Assembly (NCBI GenBank): GCA_051294375.1
Contig: CM119263.1
Coordinates: forward strand, 7,736,635 to 7,800,634
DNA length: 64,000 nucleotides
Reading direction: 5' to 3'
Origin: Paraspadella gotoi
Lineage: Eukaryota > Animalia > Chaetognatha
Positions 13,492-27,646 of this stretch are shown in pieces (positions within the stretch are counted from its first letter, which is position 1; every line of letters starts with the position of its first letter). A program made the position numbers and the translations under genes. Under the pieces are notes generated by a model. That model was not told the origin of the DNA. It worked only from the letters and a program-made list of their open reading frames with translations, and made no database searches.

Positions 13492-16256
13492 GCGCTCCAT
13501 AAGTACGGTGGCGGTGTCGCGTGGGAGAACGACGCAAAGGCGCTAAAAGAGACTCGATTTCGTGAGCGCCATCTTTGCCCGTCGTTTGTCCTGTCGAGCG
13601 AAAGAAAAAAATTAGTTTTTTTGTTTAAAAAATATCCTTTTCCTCCCAACCTAAGTTGATTTATTTATTATTTTATATTAAGTAAATTTAAGAAACGCTT
13701 TGCTCTTCATTTTCCCGGCCTCTGCCGTGGAGCATGATTCTGGAAGAAACAATTAATGAAATTGGTACAACTTATATAAACAATCAATATTTTAAATGAA
13801 ATATCAATCAAAATCAAAAGCATTTTTTCAAATCAATGACATAAGTTGTAAGTCTAATTCGGAAATGGCAAAACGAAGTTTGAATACATAATAAATTCAT
13901 CACTACAGTTTGAAAGATTGTACAAGTGACAACTCCACAGGATGTGGTTTTTTTTTTCGTAAANNNNNNNNNNAGGTACAACCAATATAAAATTATATTT
14001 TCAGTTTAAATTTATTTTATTTTAATATTATTCACATTTGTAAAATCTCATTGTCGAATTTTATAGTGATTGTTATACAAATTAATATTTCAAAAACTTG
14101 AGGAAATAATTTGTATATGACGCAAGACATAACTTATTTCAACGTAAAGATTTTAAGCCGACCACAAGATAATTAGATAGTTTCCGCACCGGTGCCGCAA
14201 CTGAGAAATTTTAGTTTTAGTAACTGATACTATTCGCTAAGTTTCACACACCCAGTCGGTTTCAAATAAAAAGTGATTGTAAAGTTCATTCAAATACGAC
14301 CATTCTTAACAAAACTAGTGGATTAACTGTATTTGGCACGAGGGCTGCGCTGCAGAAAATCGTCCCGATGCTCCTTTAATTACACACCTCGTCAATAATT
14401 AGAGGATACCTTGATAATTCGTTCCGAATGGAGCTTCAGCCTTCATGAAAACCGGTATTTTATTACACTTAATTACAGAGGTCTAGATGATTTTTACATC
14501 GAACTACAACATACATTAATTCTTTATTAATAATTAGAATTAAAAAGTATATTTTGAAATAATCTTATGTTCTTGGCCGAAGTCTTTTTAAAACGCTTAG
14601 TTTTACTTCGACCTAGTCTTAGTATCAGTTCTATATCTTTCCATCGTATTTAAGCTGAAGGTAATCGGCAATCAAACCGGTTCTGGGGAACGTATCCGGC
14701 AGGATAATCTTCATTTTGATTTGAAGTCTTAAAAGTACGGTTTCCTCACGTTTAGCTAACACATACCTCAATATTTAGCAATATAATAACAGCATAAATA
14801 TTCGGATTTTTAAATTATAGCATGAATTGAAAAAGCAAAATTGAATTAGATACTCAAGTCACCTTCATTGTTTAATCTATAATAGTACAGCGTATTCGTG
14901 AATCCATAAACTTCATCAATCAAACTACTTGCCAATTATCGGCAAATGGCAAAAAGACTTCTAACGTTTGAAAATTTGGTTCAACAATTAGCTCTCCACT
15001 GGGTGCCGATTTTATTGACTTGAAGATCGTTATGTTATTTTTGGAAGTAGACCCTCACACATACATTTGAAAAGAGTCTCGTTTTAGTCTCTTTGTTCTT
15101 GTCTCAGAGGGTCGGCGCTACTAGTAGGGGGCCTGTCAAAGCTCGAAAGAAACGAGTCGAACGTCAACTTTTACCAGTTCTGGTCCTCTGGCAGACTTTA
15201 AGTTCGAAAAAAGATCATTACTTTTTCATGTTGTGATTAATTCCGTGAGTTAAAAAATACTGTAAATTGCGATTTAATCAAATCAATGTAGTTTTTTCAT
15301 CTATAATTAAAATTACAACATAATGATAGATCAATAATTTAAATATGCGTTTTTATGGAGATGAAAAATAACGAAAATTGAAAGGCAAAAAATCTTATTT
15401 CGATTGAAGTCTATTTTAATCTTAAACTAGCTACGAATCATTAAATTAGTAAAGGCATTTTCGTGCTTGAAAAATAATTATTTCTTGTCCATTTTTACAC
15501 CCAACTAACAAGAACCGTTGAAAGAAACTAAAAAGGGGGAATGCACCCCATAGTTGATACTTGGTTCTCGACGAGAAGCACGAATCTGTCTGGAACCAAA
15601 CAAAGGATTCCCGGCCTCTCGCTTTCCTCCTTTCCAAGCTTCTCATTCAATATTTGCTTGAACTACTTTAAACTCGAAACTCTCCTTTCATCTTTGTCAT
15701 CGTTATGCGCTTGGTTGACGAGAATCGCAATTGGGTTTGCGTCTAAAACAAGCGAGAGCTGTGGGTCTGGAACCCCTCCTCGTCCTCTTCCTCGACCCTT
15801 TTCATCCCCGTTACGGGAGGCAGACGGAGAGAGAGAGTTACTTCTTCCAACTCTCTCTCTCTTCAACTCTCAAGTCACGAACCTTTATCGTGCCCTCCTC
15901 CTGATTGCGGGTGTTGGTAGGATCGAGATCTCAGCCGACAACCAGTTTTTCATCGCTTGAGAAAATCTCGGGAAAAAATATTCGTTCGCGACCAAAAATC
16001 ACGAGAAACTCCCGTTTTTCTTTTTGAAAAAGCTTTAATTTTTTACGGATTTTTGAAAACCTCTTAATGATAAACGCGGAAGCATCAAAATTAATACAAA
16101 CTTTCTTTCACTATTAATATCTCCGACTACGCTACAAAACGAGGAGATATCTTTTGTCATGACCATGTCAAACACACCAGACTAAAATTTCGGCTATGGT
16201 TAATTTGGTTATAATTTTCTTAAAAAACCAAGAAGGAAAACCACTAAACAAAAAAC

Positions 16257-19200
16257 ATGGATTATCTTCTTAGCTGGATCATCTCTGTCATAATGATCAA
16301 AACGACGGGAACATATGCCGGTAAAGAAATAGTAACCATACAGCAGCAGATATTATTAAAAACTAAGTATTATTCTTAATTCACTGGGGTTTCGTGATCT
16401 TTTGAACTAAATAATTGATTTGCTCATGACCAATATTTTATTACCAATTACAGAGTAAAATTCTGATTGATTGATTTGAAAATAACTGGTGTCACTGGTT
16501 AGCCTAAAAGATGCCAAATTAGAATTTTAAATTTAGATTACTAATTTAATGACCGACGGTCAAGAAAACTGAAACCCAATATATATATTTGGTATTGTTA
16601 GATCAGAAAATAGTAACCCTTAGCTAGAACATAAAATTAATGAATAAACCGGCTGCGCCCAAAAACCCTGGGTGGCCAAAAAAGTGTCGCATTAAAAATA
16701 ATTAAAACGACTGACTCATCATTGAGTCAGTCTCAGCCATTGAAAATGGGCAAAATCACTCGTAACTAAACTGAATAAATTTAAAGTATGTTTATTAAAT
16801 TGTTTTCTTCCAAAAAATTTAGATTCGGGACTATTCGGCGTCAGACTTTGTCAAGGACAAAAACCGGAGGTTCTCGCCTGCCCATATGACACGGTTATTC
16901 AATTCGTCGACGTTATTTTCAGCTTAAGCAACACCATTCCAAAAGATGGGAAAACTTGCTTTGGAAAGGAGGATTGCCGAAAGTCTGCGTCAAGAGATTC
17001 CATAATGTCTGATCGGTACGATGTCTGCATTAGACAGACAGCTTGCGATGTTGACTCCAGGACAGAATGGATCTCATGTCCTCAGCTTTACATGGCAAAC
17101 TACACCGAAGTCATTTACACTTGTGTTAAAAGTAAGTTTCTTATACTTTTTACAAATAATGGCTAAAATAATTTGAGTTAGTGGTAAATATATTATTCCA
17201 GAATTCAATCAGTTTAAAAATGATAACTGATTAAATATTCGATAGTATTATTAAATATTATCTATACTTGTTTCTTAATTCAAAAAGCCAAAAGACATTC
17301 ATTCTTTTAAATTTTATCATTAATGACTGGAAAAGGGATTTTTTACAGCACACATCCGTCTGACTGATATTTTATTGTGTTACAATTCATCACTTGATTC
17401 ATAGCAAAAGAAATTTTCCAAGTAGGGGTTCTATTTGAAGCCGGCGAAAATCTTGATTGAGATTGCAGGAAGCACGCAAGCTCTTATGATTAAAAGCAAA
17501 TGTACATGGTTTGAATCGAGCGAAAAAGAAGAGGCACCCAATTTTCTCCCTTCGATCCTCGGAACAAAGAGGGAAATGTTTTATCTAATTAACAGATACT
17601 TGGGGCGCGCGCTTCGTTACATCGACACTTCATCCGTCCTTTGGGGATAGACGAGAACTTTCGAATTTTTTCTTTACCAATAAGAATGCCCTAAAGCCAT
17701 TATTGTGTAATGTGTATCGTATACCTGATCCGACACTATGAGCATGAGTAAACTGAGTAGATCCTTTTTTTTAATTCCAAATTTTACATGGGTTATTATC
17801 AATATATTGAGTTCTTCTTTGAGAATAAGACCCGAACTCGGTTGTTTTTAAAAACGAAAGATTATAATCATTTTTTATTTTTGATTTCGAGTTTGTTCTT
17901 TATTTTGAATCAGAGCCAAAACCGGGTCAACTTTCATTTAGGTCTGTAGCCGAACCTTTATATCATATATATTTTTATCATAGAAAGTAAGACGACTTTA
18001 TCAGACAATCTCACCACGATTGTCGAGCCAAAAATGCTAGTTACTTTTGCGAAACAAAAACCTTACTTTCTGTTATGTCCTACAGTCTGCTAAGAGTGAA
18101 ACTTCGCCCCGGGCAGACTTCGTTTTAACGTATTTTGTGGCCTGAACATCTTTCGTTCATTAACCGTTCCTATCTGAAGACTAAGAATTTCCTCGATTAA
18201 CTCGCTTCTAGAAACCTTTAAAACGCAGGCTCATCTCACATGATAGCTAAGTTATAATATTGTACACTCTAATCACACCTCGGATTTTATCGAAATAACG
18301 GGCGTCATTGAAATTAATCGCACATAAATGTAGCCAACTTTATTCCACCGAAATCGCAGATTCGTGCATGGAAAGGTCTATCGAACGGATCGATGCGAGA
18401 GAGAAGGAGAGAATAAATCTAACAAGCTAACGTGAGCCAAAACATTTTCTTTCTTCTTTTCTATCTGAAACCAGATCAAATTGTAAGCAGTATTCTTGAA
18501 TAATCTTAATCTTCGTAAAAACGCCCTCGAGGAAAAAACCATCACTGGGGCCGAATTTTTGAACGCCATCTGGTATCGGGACTGTTTGCACGAGAGGCGC
18601 GTAGGAGCGAACCAAGAGAGGCCAGGGGCGGTAGGGGGGGGAATAGAAAAACAAGGACTGCCCCGAGCGTCGATGGGGGGTCACGCAAATACAAATTTCT
18701 CTCGAGTCCCTCGAAGGTGGCCACTCGACGTTCAGTAATCAGGAACGATGCCGAGAGATAAAAGAAAGACCCAATCTCTCTCGTGTTTTTCTCTAATTCC
18801 GTATCGTAGACATTTTGAAAAATGTGGCGAATCGGTGAGAGAAACTCGAGTGCGAGAAGCAGAGAGAATTCTGTAAAGTAAACACGACGGGCAAAGCAGA
18901 AAATCTCAGATGCGGCGAGGAAGACGGAAAAAATGTTTGAGATTTCATCTCGAGAACGAATCGTTTCTAAATTGCATTAGGAGCTTTTTTTTAAAAATGT
19001 TACTGCGGAATTGCTCGCGTAAATTAAGCACCGCCCTAAGACAGATATTGTAGATTTATGCATTTTTTCTAAATTTAGGATGAGAACATGTTTGTATATT
19101 TTATGTCCTCTCTCCATTCCAGGCAGCGAGTTTTCCCTGACCCTTCCCAAAAATCGAACAAATGGTCGACACGTGACATATGGAATGAGCGCAGAGGACG

Positions 19201-20490
19201 CGGCGTTGCGACCTTCGAGCACAACCCCGACGCCGACGACGGGGTCGATTGTGGCGCCAAACACACCCTCGGCGACGGAGTCTACGACCGAAACCAAGAA
19301 ACCTCCAATATGGAAGCCAGTCACTGAGACTCCCACTTTCAGAGAAGGTATTGGGGAGGCGATGAACGTTTCCACCAAAGAGAGAACTCTTTTTTGGCAC
19401 TAATAAAATCTTTATCATTTCTCTATGTATATAGTTATATTTGTAGTCGGGCATAGCATAAGTTCACCCTAAATATTTTATTTTATTATCATTTTCAATT
19501 GAATAACCGACTGCTTACTATGTAAAATTGAATTTTTATGAAGCATATTGAAATCTCGGAATCTTTCACCAAAAATTATGCGTGGTGATTGCATGCAATT
19601 CACGAAAGATGAAAGAAGTTGAAATAATACTTTAATATGAACCAAAAACACAGATCTTGGGATAAAGGTTTTTGCCTCCTTTGATCAGGCGATATATGCA
19701 CTCAGTTTCAACAAATCCAAGGAATCTTGGTTGGTAAAAAAATCTCAGATGTTGAAAATCCACCAGCATGTGGAAAGGTTCACCCAGGATCACCAGAGAC
19801 TCTTAACTGCAACTGTTGAAGGAGCAGGACAGACTAGAGGCTGAGTGATGTACCTTTTTCAACAGAAAGGTGGTTGTGGCAGGATGGTACACCTAGATGT
19901 TGAACAACAAATAGAATTAACTTTCTCAACAAAAACAAATACTGCGTAACTTAACTTTTCCCTTGCTCTCATTTTTTGTACTGGGGTAACATTAATGAGA
20001 TGTGTAGACAAAACCGCTCATCGTTAACTGCGCTGAATCAGATTGTAGAAGCAAATATGAAGAAGATTACTGCGACTTTTTTGTCAATCCTAATGAATTC
20101 CAGGCATTATATTTTTACCTCTCACAAAAGGAGGACATTAAGAGCATACACTAAGTCAGTTTTGCATAAATCTGGTACTTTTTAAATCTTTTCTATCAAA
20201 TGACATGTAATAAATTATCTTTATTAAGTAGTTTGTGTAATAAATTTCTACTTTGTGCCATTCGTTCTGGCTCGCGGGGTATCGTTCTATCCTAAAATTT
20301 TTTTCAAAGTTAAATTAATTTAAAAAGTAAATGTAGCTTGGTGACCGAGTCGTGATGAGAGATTATAATGGATATAATAGATAGGAAAAGTCAACATTAC
20401 TAACGCACCACCAAATTTTGAAAGTAATTTGTCTTCTCATCCCGATAGAAACTGAACTATGACAAAAATGCCCCCGCAAAGTTGCGCCCC

Positions 20491-20529
<39 letters not shown>

Positions 20530-22730
20530 CGATATAACTGGGAAAAATTGAAATTGACAACTCGCAGTGCGTGGATAGAGGTCAGCGGTAAAAGCCGAAG
20601 CTGGGAGGGGAAATATTTTCGATAAAGCCCTTTTTAGATAATCTGTTTAGTTAATTTGATTTAACCCAAAGGATTTATGTTCCCTAATTTCGTATTTTTC
20701 TCCCCTTTTAGAGTCCACAATCATCTTGGCGGCCGTTTTGGCCTTTGTCGTCCTTGCATTTTGCTGCGTCATTTGCGGATTCGCTTTCGCGCTGTAAGTA
20801 CCATAACGATGACATTAAGCAATAAAAAAGAATGTAAACTACCAATAAAAAAAAAGAAGACTATAATTATATAAATTTAAATTAAAATATTATAATGGGT
20901 CGTTTTTGTCTATGCGGAGACCATTTCTGTATAATATATAGATTAACGTGTGCATTTCGCGAGTTTATTTTTTTCCTACCGCGGGGCAAAACAAACATAT
21001 GACTCATTCATCAGCATATTCCCTTCCATTTATCGCGCTCCCTCTCTCCTACTCCCTTGCCTACCATCTCGCTTTAAAACTTTTAAACTATTCACTTTAA
21101 GATAAAAGAGTAAACTTGTCCCGAGGAAAAATAAAAAACTCGATACAAATCTCACGTTTCTCGAGCAAACAAGAGCCTTAACGAGCAAACACTTAGTTCG
21201 AGCAATTCTCCGGATAGCTCGAAAACGGTCGCATGTAATTTTCTCGTTTTTATAGTTAATGTAAAACTAAATATACTTGTAACTCTTTTTAAAGAAAGTT
21301 TAACGATGCAAGAAAATATAAAAGTAAATAGAAAGAACAAATTTAATTTTTGTTTTTTTTTAAATATAAAACGATTGCAAAAATTTTCATTACCGTCTTC
21401 GCCCTCCACCCCCCCCCGCGACAACCACAGAAAACGAGGTCGAATCGATAAGAAGAAACTTCCTCGCTGTTTGGTCCGATCAAACGCCGAGCTCAGACCA
21501 GAACACGTCTACGCTGATATTGACTACGCCACGATGTACCCAAGGGGTCGCGGGGCCGCGGCCGCCACCGTCGTTGCAGCCTCGCCGGAGACCGTAGACG
21601 CCGCTACTCTTCGCGGTCAACAGATTCTTCGTTTACCCTACATGGAGTTCGTTCACACTTCAGGTCATCTGACCCCTTTGCCAAGGACTGACCCCTACTA
21701 CTTCTTGTATGATCCTGCACACCGCATAGTAATCCCTGGCGGACCGAAAGGCCCGCACTCGGCCGACCCGCTGTTTCGCTCGTCCTCAGTAGTCTTAGAG
21801 CGTCACCCCCACCCTCTAGCCTCACCTCTTCATCACCACCATCACACCCACCATCGGCTTGGCGGCCCCGGAGGGCGATCGGGCTGCCCACAGGAGCTAC
21901 CAGATCTCGTGCATCACGAGAGCCAAGGGTCGGGATCTATAAACGCTTGCTTCTCTGAGCACAATGACGATCCTTCGGGAGTGGTGGAAGGCGAAAGACG
22001 ATCGTCGCGTCTCTCCCAGCTGATCTCGACCAGTCTACCCGACGTCAGTGCCTCGCCCCGGCGCCAGTCGGATTCATCTGAGTCGTCCACCGAGGGTTTG
22101 GGCAAGGGAGACACGCTGGGCATTCCCCAGACGGTCGTAAGTCGTCAGGTTACGATAGACTCGGCCTTCGAAGACGACTTCGACAATACAGACGAATCTC
22201 ACTCGTCAAACAATCATCTCGCTATCGAGCGGACAGATTCGAGATTCATCATGGACAGTCACGAGTATTTGGCGCCGGTAGCGTCGAGAGATCGACCCAC
22301 CAGATTTTCGCTCTCGCCAGGGCCCGGCGACATTCACAAAGCGCCGACAAAACGAGTTCGAGGCGGAGCGGCAGTGGTGTTGCCGCCACCAAGGCCTTCC
22401 GCTTCGACGCCTTGCTCCCCCTTGAACCATGTAAAGGGCGGCCCACTGTCTTTCCGTGGAAACCTCGTGAACAAGCCGACTTCGCCCCCAAGTCAAAAGA
22501 GTAAACATCGTATCGTTGACGTTGGACGGAAAAAGACCCTCAGCGACGTCGGGGTGGAGGGTCCGGGCCGACATGACTCTTTAAACGCCGTCTCTGTCGC
22601 CCGCGACACGGTTCTGCTCGAAAATACTAAGCCCGATTCCACACCTCCCCCAAGGGACAAGGTGGACGTCGACGACTCAGATCTCCCCCCATCACATGGT
22701 CTCAAATTTTCGGCCTCGGTGCGGGTTTAA
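16257..22730 (+). CDS. Type I membrane protein: signal peptide, divergent SUEL/Gal-lectin-like domain, Thr/Pro-rich stalk, TM, ~430-aa cytoplasmic tail; exons 16257-16320, 16823-17131, 19123-19347, 20712-20793, 21431-22730
   Basis: Five phase-consistent exons: MDYLLSWIISVIMIKTTGTYA; LCQGQKPEVLACPYDTVIQF...C...C...CIRQTACDV...SCPQLYMANYTEVIYTC (8-Cys SUEL pattern); STTPTPTT stalk; IILAAVLAFVVLAFCCVICGFAFAL followed by KRGR. Confidence 0.75.
19540..20190 (-). mobile_element. Degenerate non-LTR retrotransposon 3' fragment (L1/Tx1-like, tentative) in an intron
   Basis: Broken minus-strand translation resembling the C-terminal zinc-binding region (PATTTFLLKK...SLSCSFNSCS*ESL), in CpG-poor sequence unlike its flanks. 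Confidence 0.25.
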
Positions 22731-23491
22731 TATTTTGTTAAGCAGTAATCTCTTGCGAAAAGTGCAAACGATTCTAATGATTGGGACGCAATTGTCTGGA
22801 GTAGTATAGATTCTAGAATTCTTATAATAAACGTGGTTGCTTTCGATCTACAATATGAAATTCGGTTATTAAATGCTGATTAGATTTCTCATCTCATTTT
22901 GAAAAATATTTTTTGAACACTTTCAGTTTGGTTTTATCACGCTCAAATTGTAAATTCGCTACGTTTATAAACATTGTATTTTGTTATAATGAATTTTCTT
23001 TAATTCAGTTAAGCTTTAAGTTACTTTCGATATGATTCGTATACTATAAATGAAAGTTCATATCTCATAGTAGTAGTAGTAAAGATCTGAAGCTATCGCC
23101 GAAAATTACGAAACAAGAAAAAAGGGTATTAGTTATTTTTATAATTATAATGATTGGATTTTAGTGGAGGCAAAAAAAAAACTACTAATAAAATTAAAGG
23201 AGAAAAACGATGTCGTTATCAGATCAGATCTTGATAATTCTTAAAATAACAAAGGTATAGTTTTAATATAATAAGGGATTATATTATAATCCATATTAAG
23301 GTTTATTAGTAGATTATTGTAATAAACTTTCGTAATTTATTTCAAAAACAGTTATACCACAGCAAGTCAGCATGCTGTAAAATGAAATGTATGTAACCTT
23401 TAAACACTTTGAAATTAGTAAAACCAATATAAAGATTATCCATTCATTTGATAAATAATCTATTTTGGCCCTGACTTTGCATAAGCATTAA

Positions 23492-23648
23492 AATTATTAC
23501 TTTCGTCGACCGGGGTTTTTTGAAAAACCACTTAAAAATAATTATTTAAAAAAATTACAAATTATTACCTTATTACCATAACCCTCCTAACTCTAACTAT
23601 CCTTAACCCTAAACCACCCCAAACCCTGGTCGGCGAAAGTAAAATTAT
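23492..23648. mobile_element. Short non-autonomous element with terminal inverted repeats and degenerate (CCCTAA)n core, copy 1
   Basis: Left ATTACTTTCGTCGACCGGGG vs right CCCTGGTCGGCGAAAGTAAAATT; internal TAACCCT/CCTAAC-like repeats. Confidence 0.65.
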
Positions 23649-24357
23649 ACCGGATAAGCTATGGTGGGTGTAAAGGTTTCCAGTTTTCTTTCTTTCACTT
23701 CTACACTACCTGGCTTCCCTATCAATGAAGTGGTATAATATTTCATAGAAAGTTTGAATTGTATATTAGGACCACCTTTAAGTATTATATCGGGAATACT
23801 ATATTGTACTCCGCAATAGCATCAAGGTACTATACAAAGATTTTTAAAAAATCAACTCATGGTTTAGTCTTTTAGTTATTTTACCACGACCAGTGGACCC
23901 ACCTTCGGGCCAATTCGAGAGGTACCCGTTCTGGCTGGTCACATGATGTCGAATCTCGTTCTCGACAAACGGTTCCTCCCAATGATTAAGCCCCTCGTCG
24001 TTGAGAGTTGCGACTTTCGCTCGACAAGACGTCCGTCGGTGGGGCGCGAGATGGCGTAAAAACAAACTAGCATTTGATTCTTGAAACCATTACTCACGAT
24101 CTACCTCTTAACGTAGTTTCCTTGTTTTTTCTCGTTCGCCTTCTTCTTTGACAACTGCCAATGACTCAAATATTTTTTACTCATGTTGCTATTCTCTTTT
24201 CCCTTACAGAAAAAAAACCGGAATTATTGATATAGCTACGAGTCGTTGAACCACGCGCTAAAATAATCCTATATTTTTTAATCATGCTGTGAATTTGTAG
24301 CATTGAGAAAAGGAAAAAACTTCATCACAAAGAAGTCCTTCGAAAAACTTCAAAAGC

Positions 24358-25261
24358 ATGGCATCCAACAGAGGATCTGTAGAGACGACGCAAGTCTTGG
24401 GAAAGCAACAACGGATTTTTAAAATAATCGTCCTTGGTGACCAAAACGTCGGCAAAACTTGTTTGACATTTCGATTTTGTTGCGGAAAATTTCCCGAGAG
24501 GACCGAGGCGACAATCGGCGTCGACTTCAGGGAGAAAACTATGGACGTGGACGGCGAGCAGATCAAAGTAGGAGGCCAATGGAATTTCATATTGGTGATT
24601 CGCATTTATAGAATTATATTATTAATTTATTTGCACAGTTACAACTCTGGGACACGGCGGGACAGGAACGATTCCGCAAAAGTATGGTTCAGCATTACTA
24701 CAGAAACGTTCATGCAGTAGTCTTTGTTTACGACGTGACAAAGGTAATTGGAATTGCGTATGCCTCGTGCCTCGTCGGAGTGTCGACATAATTAGACAGA
24801 TGATTTTCACCAAAAAGGTATCGTCCTTCAACAACTTGGAACACTGGTTGGAAGAATGTGAACATTATAATTTATCAAAAAGCATCCCCAGATTGGTCGT
24901 TGGAAACAAGTGCGACCAAGTCACTAGCTACCCTTCAGTTCCGGCAAATCTGGCTCAAAAGGTGCAACAGTTAGGGCCGCTCTGTCTTTTTTACTTGGCT
25001 ACTTTGGGTGCTAACGAACCCCAACTTTTTTTCTAGTTTGCTGATCAGCACAACATGCCGTTGTTCGAGACATCTGCGAAAGACGACAGCCAGGCGGATC
25101 ACGTCGCCGCCATCTTCATGACTTTGGCACATAAACTAAAAAACCATAAACCCATGATGCCCAACAAGTCGTCGAACAGAACCGTGATACAAAGCACCAC
25201 TATCAAACCCACCAAGCAAGCTCCAGTGACGCAATCAGACGAGGGTGGGGGTTGTTGCTAA
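24358..25261 (+). CDS. RAB33: Ras-related protein Rab33; exons 24358-24567, 24639-24743, 24818-24961, 25037-25261
   Basis: [74 protein letters not shown] and C-terminal CC prenylation motif. Confidence 0.95.
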
Positions 25262-26662
25262 CTTAGCCTCTGTTCAAAAAGCGCTTGTGATCATCAAGGA
25301 TTCGCTAGAGTTTTTAGAAGATGATATTATATGTTTTTTCTTATGTACATACAAAAGTAGTGCAAACATCTTGGAGGAAAGTTAAAATGGGGTACTACTT
25401 TAATTAAGAAATATTTTATATAAACAAAATGAAAAGCTTTGGAGCGAGTGGGTGACTTGTCGCTAAGGCTACTTCCCCCTCGGCTCGTTTAACAATATAG
25501 AAAATAAAATTAAATTACACAATACGCTTGTTTGCTTCTAAAACTCATGTTTTTTTCTGAAATCGTGGTATTATTTTATATTTATCATCTTTATGGAAAT
25601 ATAACCGTTACATCTTTGAAAAAAAAACTTTTCCAAGTAGTTCCTTCTGACTCCATTTGAGTTTCCGTGTTAGCGAAATATTCACTTCATGACCCAACAT
25701 GAAATAATTTAGGAAATTTTCATAATAATAATAATTATAATACCCGATTTTTTGCGATCCAACGTTTCAGTATATCTATCTACTAATATTTATTAGAAAT
25801 ATCTTTTAGCCTTATCCTTACGACTTGGCCGGGACCCATTAGCTTTATTGATTTTATTGCAATTAATCAGTGAATTCTGAATCGATATTCTATAAGAAAT
25901 CTTTTTAGCCAGAACTATAGTTTCGACAGTCTTCTCTCACTTATCGTTTTGCGTTGCAAAACCGTAAGTGATAAGACTCCGTGAAGCAATTTTTATTTGT
26001 CTTAATTTAAGTTTCCCGAAATGTTTAAAGAGGTAAGCAATAGACACCTGCCAACCGAACACAGTATCGGGATCCACAATCTTTTCACTATGGTCATCCA
26101 TTTACATGTTTTCGCTGATAAAGTAACGTAAACACCAGGTGGAGACATTTTGAGATATTATTTATTAATTACATTATTTATTTCGAGGCTGTCACCAAAA
26201 AAGCATTACAATTATTTCTTCCAAGTGATTTTAATCGAAAATTTCCTATATTCAATTGAAAATTGCATAATAACGCTTCAGCCCTCTATGGGATAACGAG
26301 TCACTGTACTAAAACATTATAATTGTGAGGAGATGTTAAATAAAGTAAAAATGTAGCTAGCTAGAAAATTTTTCTTAAAAATTTAAATTCGAAGTTTTTA
26401 CATATACATATGTAAATTCTTCACGTAAATACAAAACAAGTTCTTAAAAGTTGAAACATTATTGGGATGAATTTTTTTTAATTTCTAATTAAACGATAAA
26501 GCACGAAAAGAACTAGAAAAAACACAAGGAACGGAGAAAGGACAAGAGTTTGAATCTAATCTAATAACATTTTTTTTCATTGAAAGAAAGTAGTAGTGAT
26601 CCCAAATCTGGCAGAAAAAAAATAAAACGTTAATGGTTAAGGAATTTCATTAAAAATTTAAA

Positions 26663-26763
26663 AAAATTATTACCTTATTACCAAAACCCTCTTCACTCTA
26701 AACTACCCTTAAACCACCTTTAACCTTAACCCTTAACCCCGGTTGGCGAAAGTAAAATTAACC
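26663..26763. mobile_element. Second, 5'-truncated copy of the (CCCTAA)-core element
   Basis: AAATTATTACCTTATTACCA...TAACCCTTAACCCCGGTTGGCGAAAGTAAAATTA matches 23561-23648 in direct orientation. Confidence 0.65.
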
Positions 26764-27646
26764 CAAAACTTTCATAAATGCTTCACACAATATCAAAAAC
26801 TTATTCTAAAACATCTGCAACATAAATTCTTTTTTAATGCTGCTTTTATTTTAAGAATGAATTACGATTCATCTTTGAATCTGTTCTGGCTTACTTAATG
26901 CAGCGATCATTTGATTGAAGACTGACCAAAAGCAAAGCTTTTTAATAATATATTTTTATTTAAAATATTTGCAAAACTTTTTTTAAACAATTTTATATAA
27001 ATAATAATTAATTTTTACAATAACAAAAGGAAAATTATTTGCTTAATTATTTTATTTTGTATTATACTCTTATAATTTTTCTTCAATATGGATGAGACAT
27101 TATTTAAAAAACAAAAGCCTAAATTACTTTAATTGAAGTTTTTTTTCAAATAATTATTATACTAAAAGGAAAGAAAGGAAAATACCAGGATTAAAAGTAC
27201 CGAAAAATGGCATAACAATTACCGCGCCAGTTTTTTTCCTTCATGGGAGTTAAATTTATGGGGTAGGGGACGACCACATCTACGACGTACTTAAATGTAA
27301 AAACTCACAAATACTTATAAATAAAGTACGCTCTGGTTAATTTCAGGACAAGGAAGAGCAAGTTTGTTTTTTTTTATAATAAATTAACGTTGGACAAAAA
27401 AAAAGGATTGTTTTTTTTATAACAAAAGCTTTTATAAAAAAAAAACAAAATCAATGTTATAAAGTTAATAAAAAAAAAAAACTACATTCGTTTTATCATC
27501 TTTTTCCTCGTCTTCTCATAAGCAGCCGGAAATTTTCAAAATAAACCATCGCCATCCAGTCTAATTGATATCCTAAACCCACAATTCACCTACTTCATAT
27601 TGCAGCACGCCGACGATCTCCGTTCCCTCACATCATTTGAATTATA

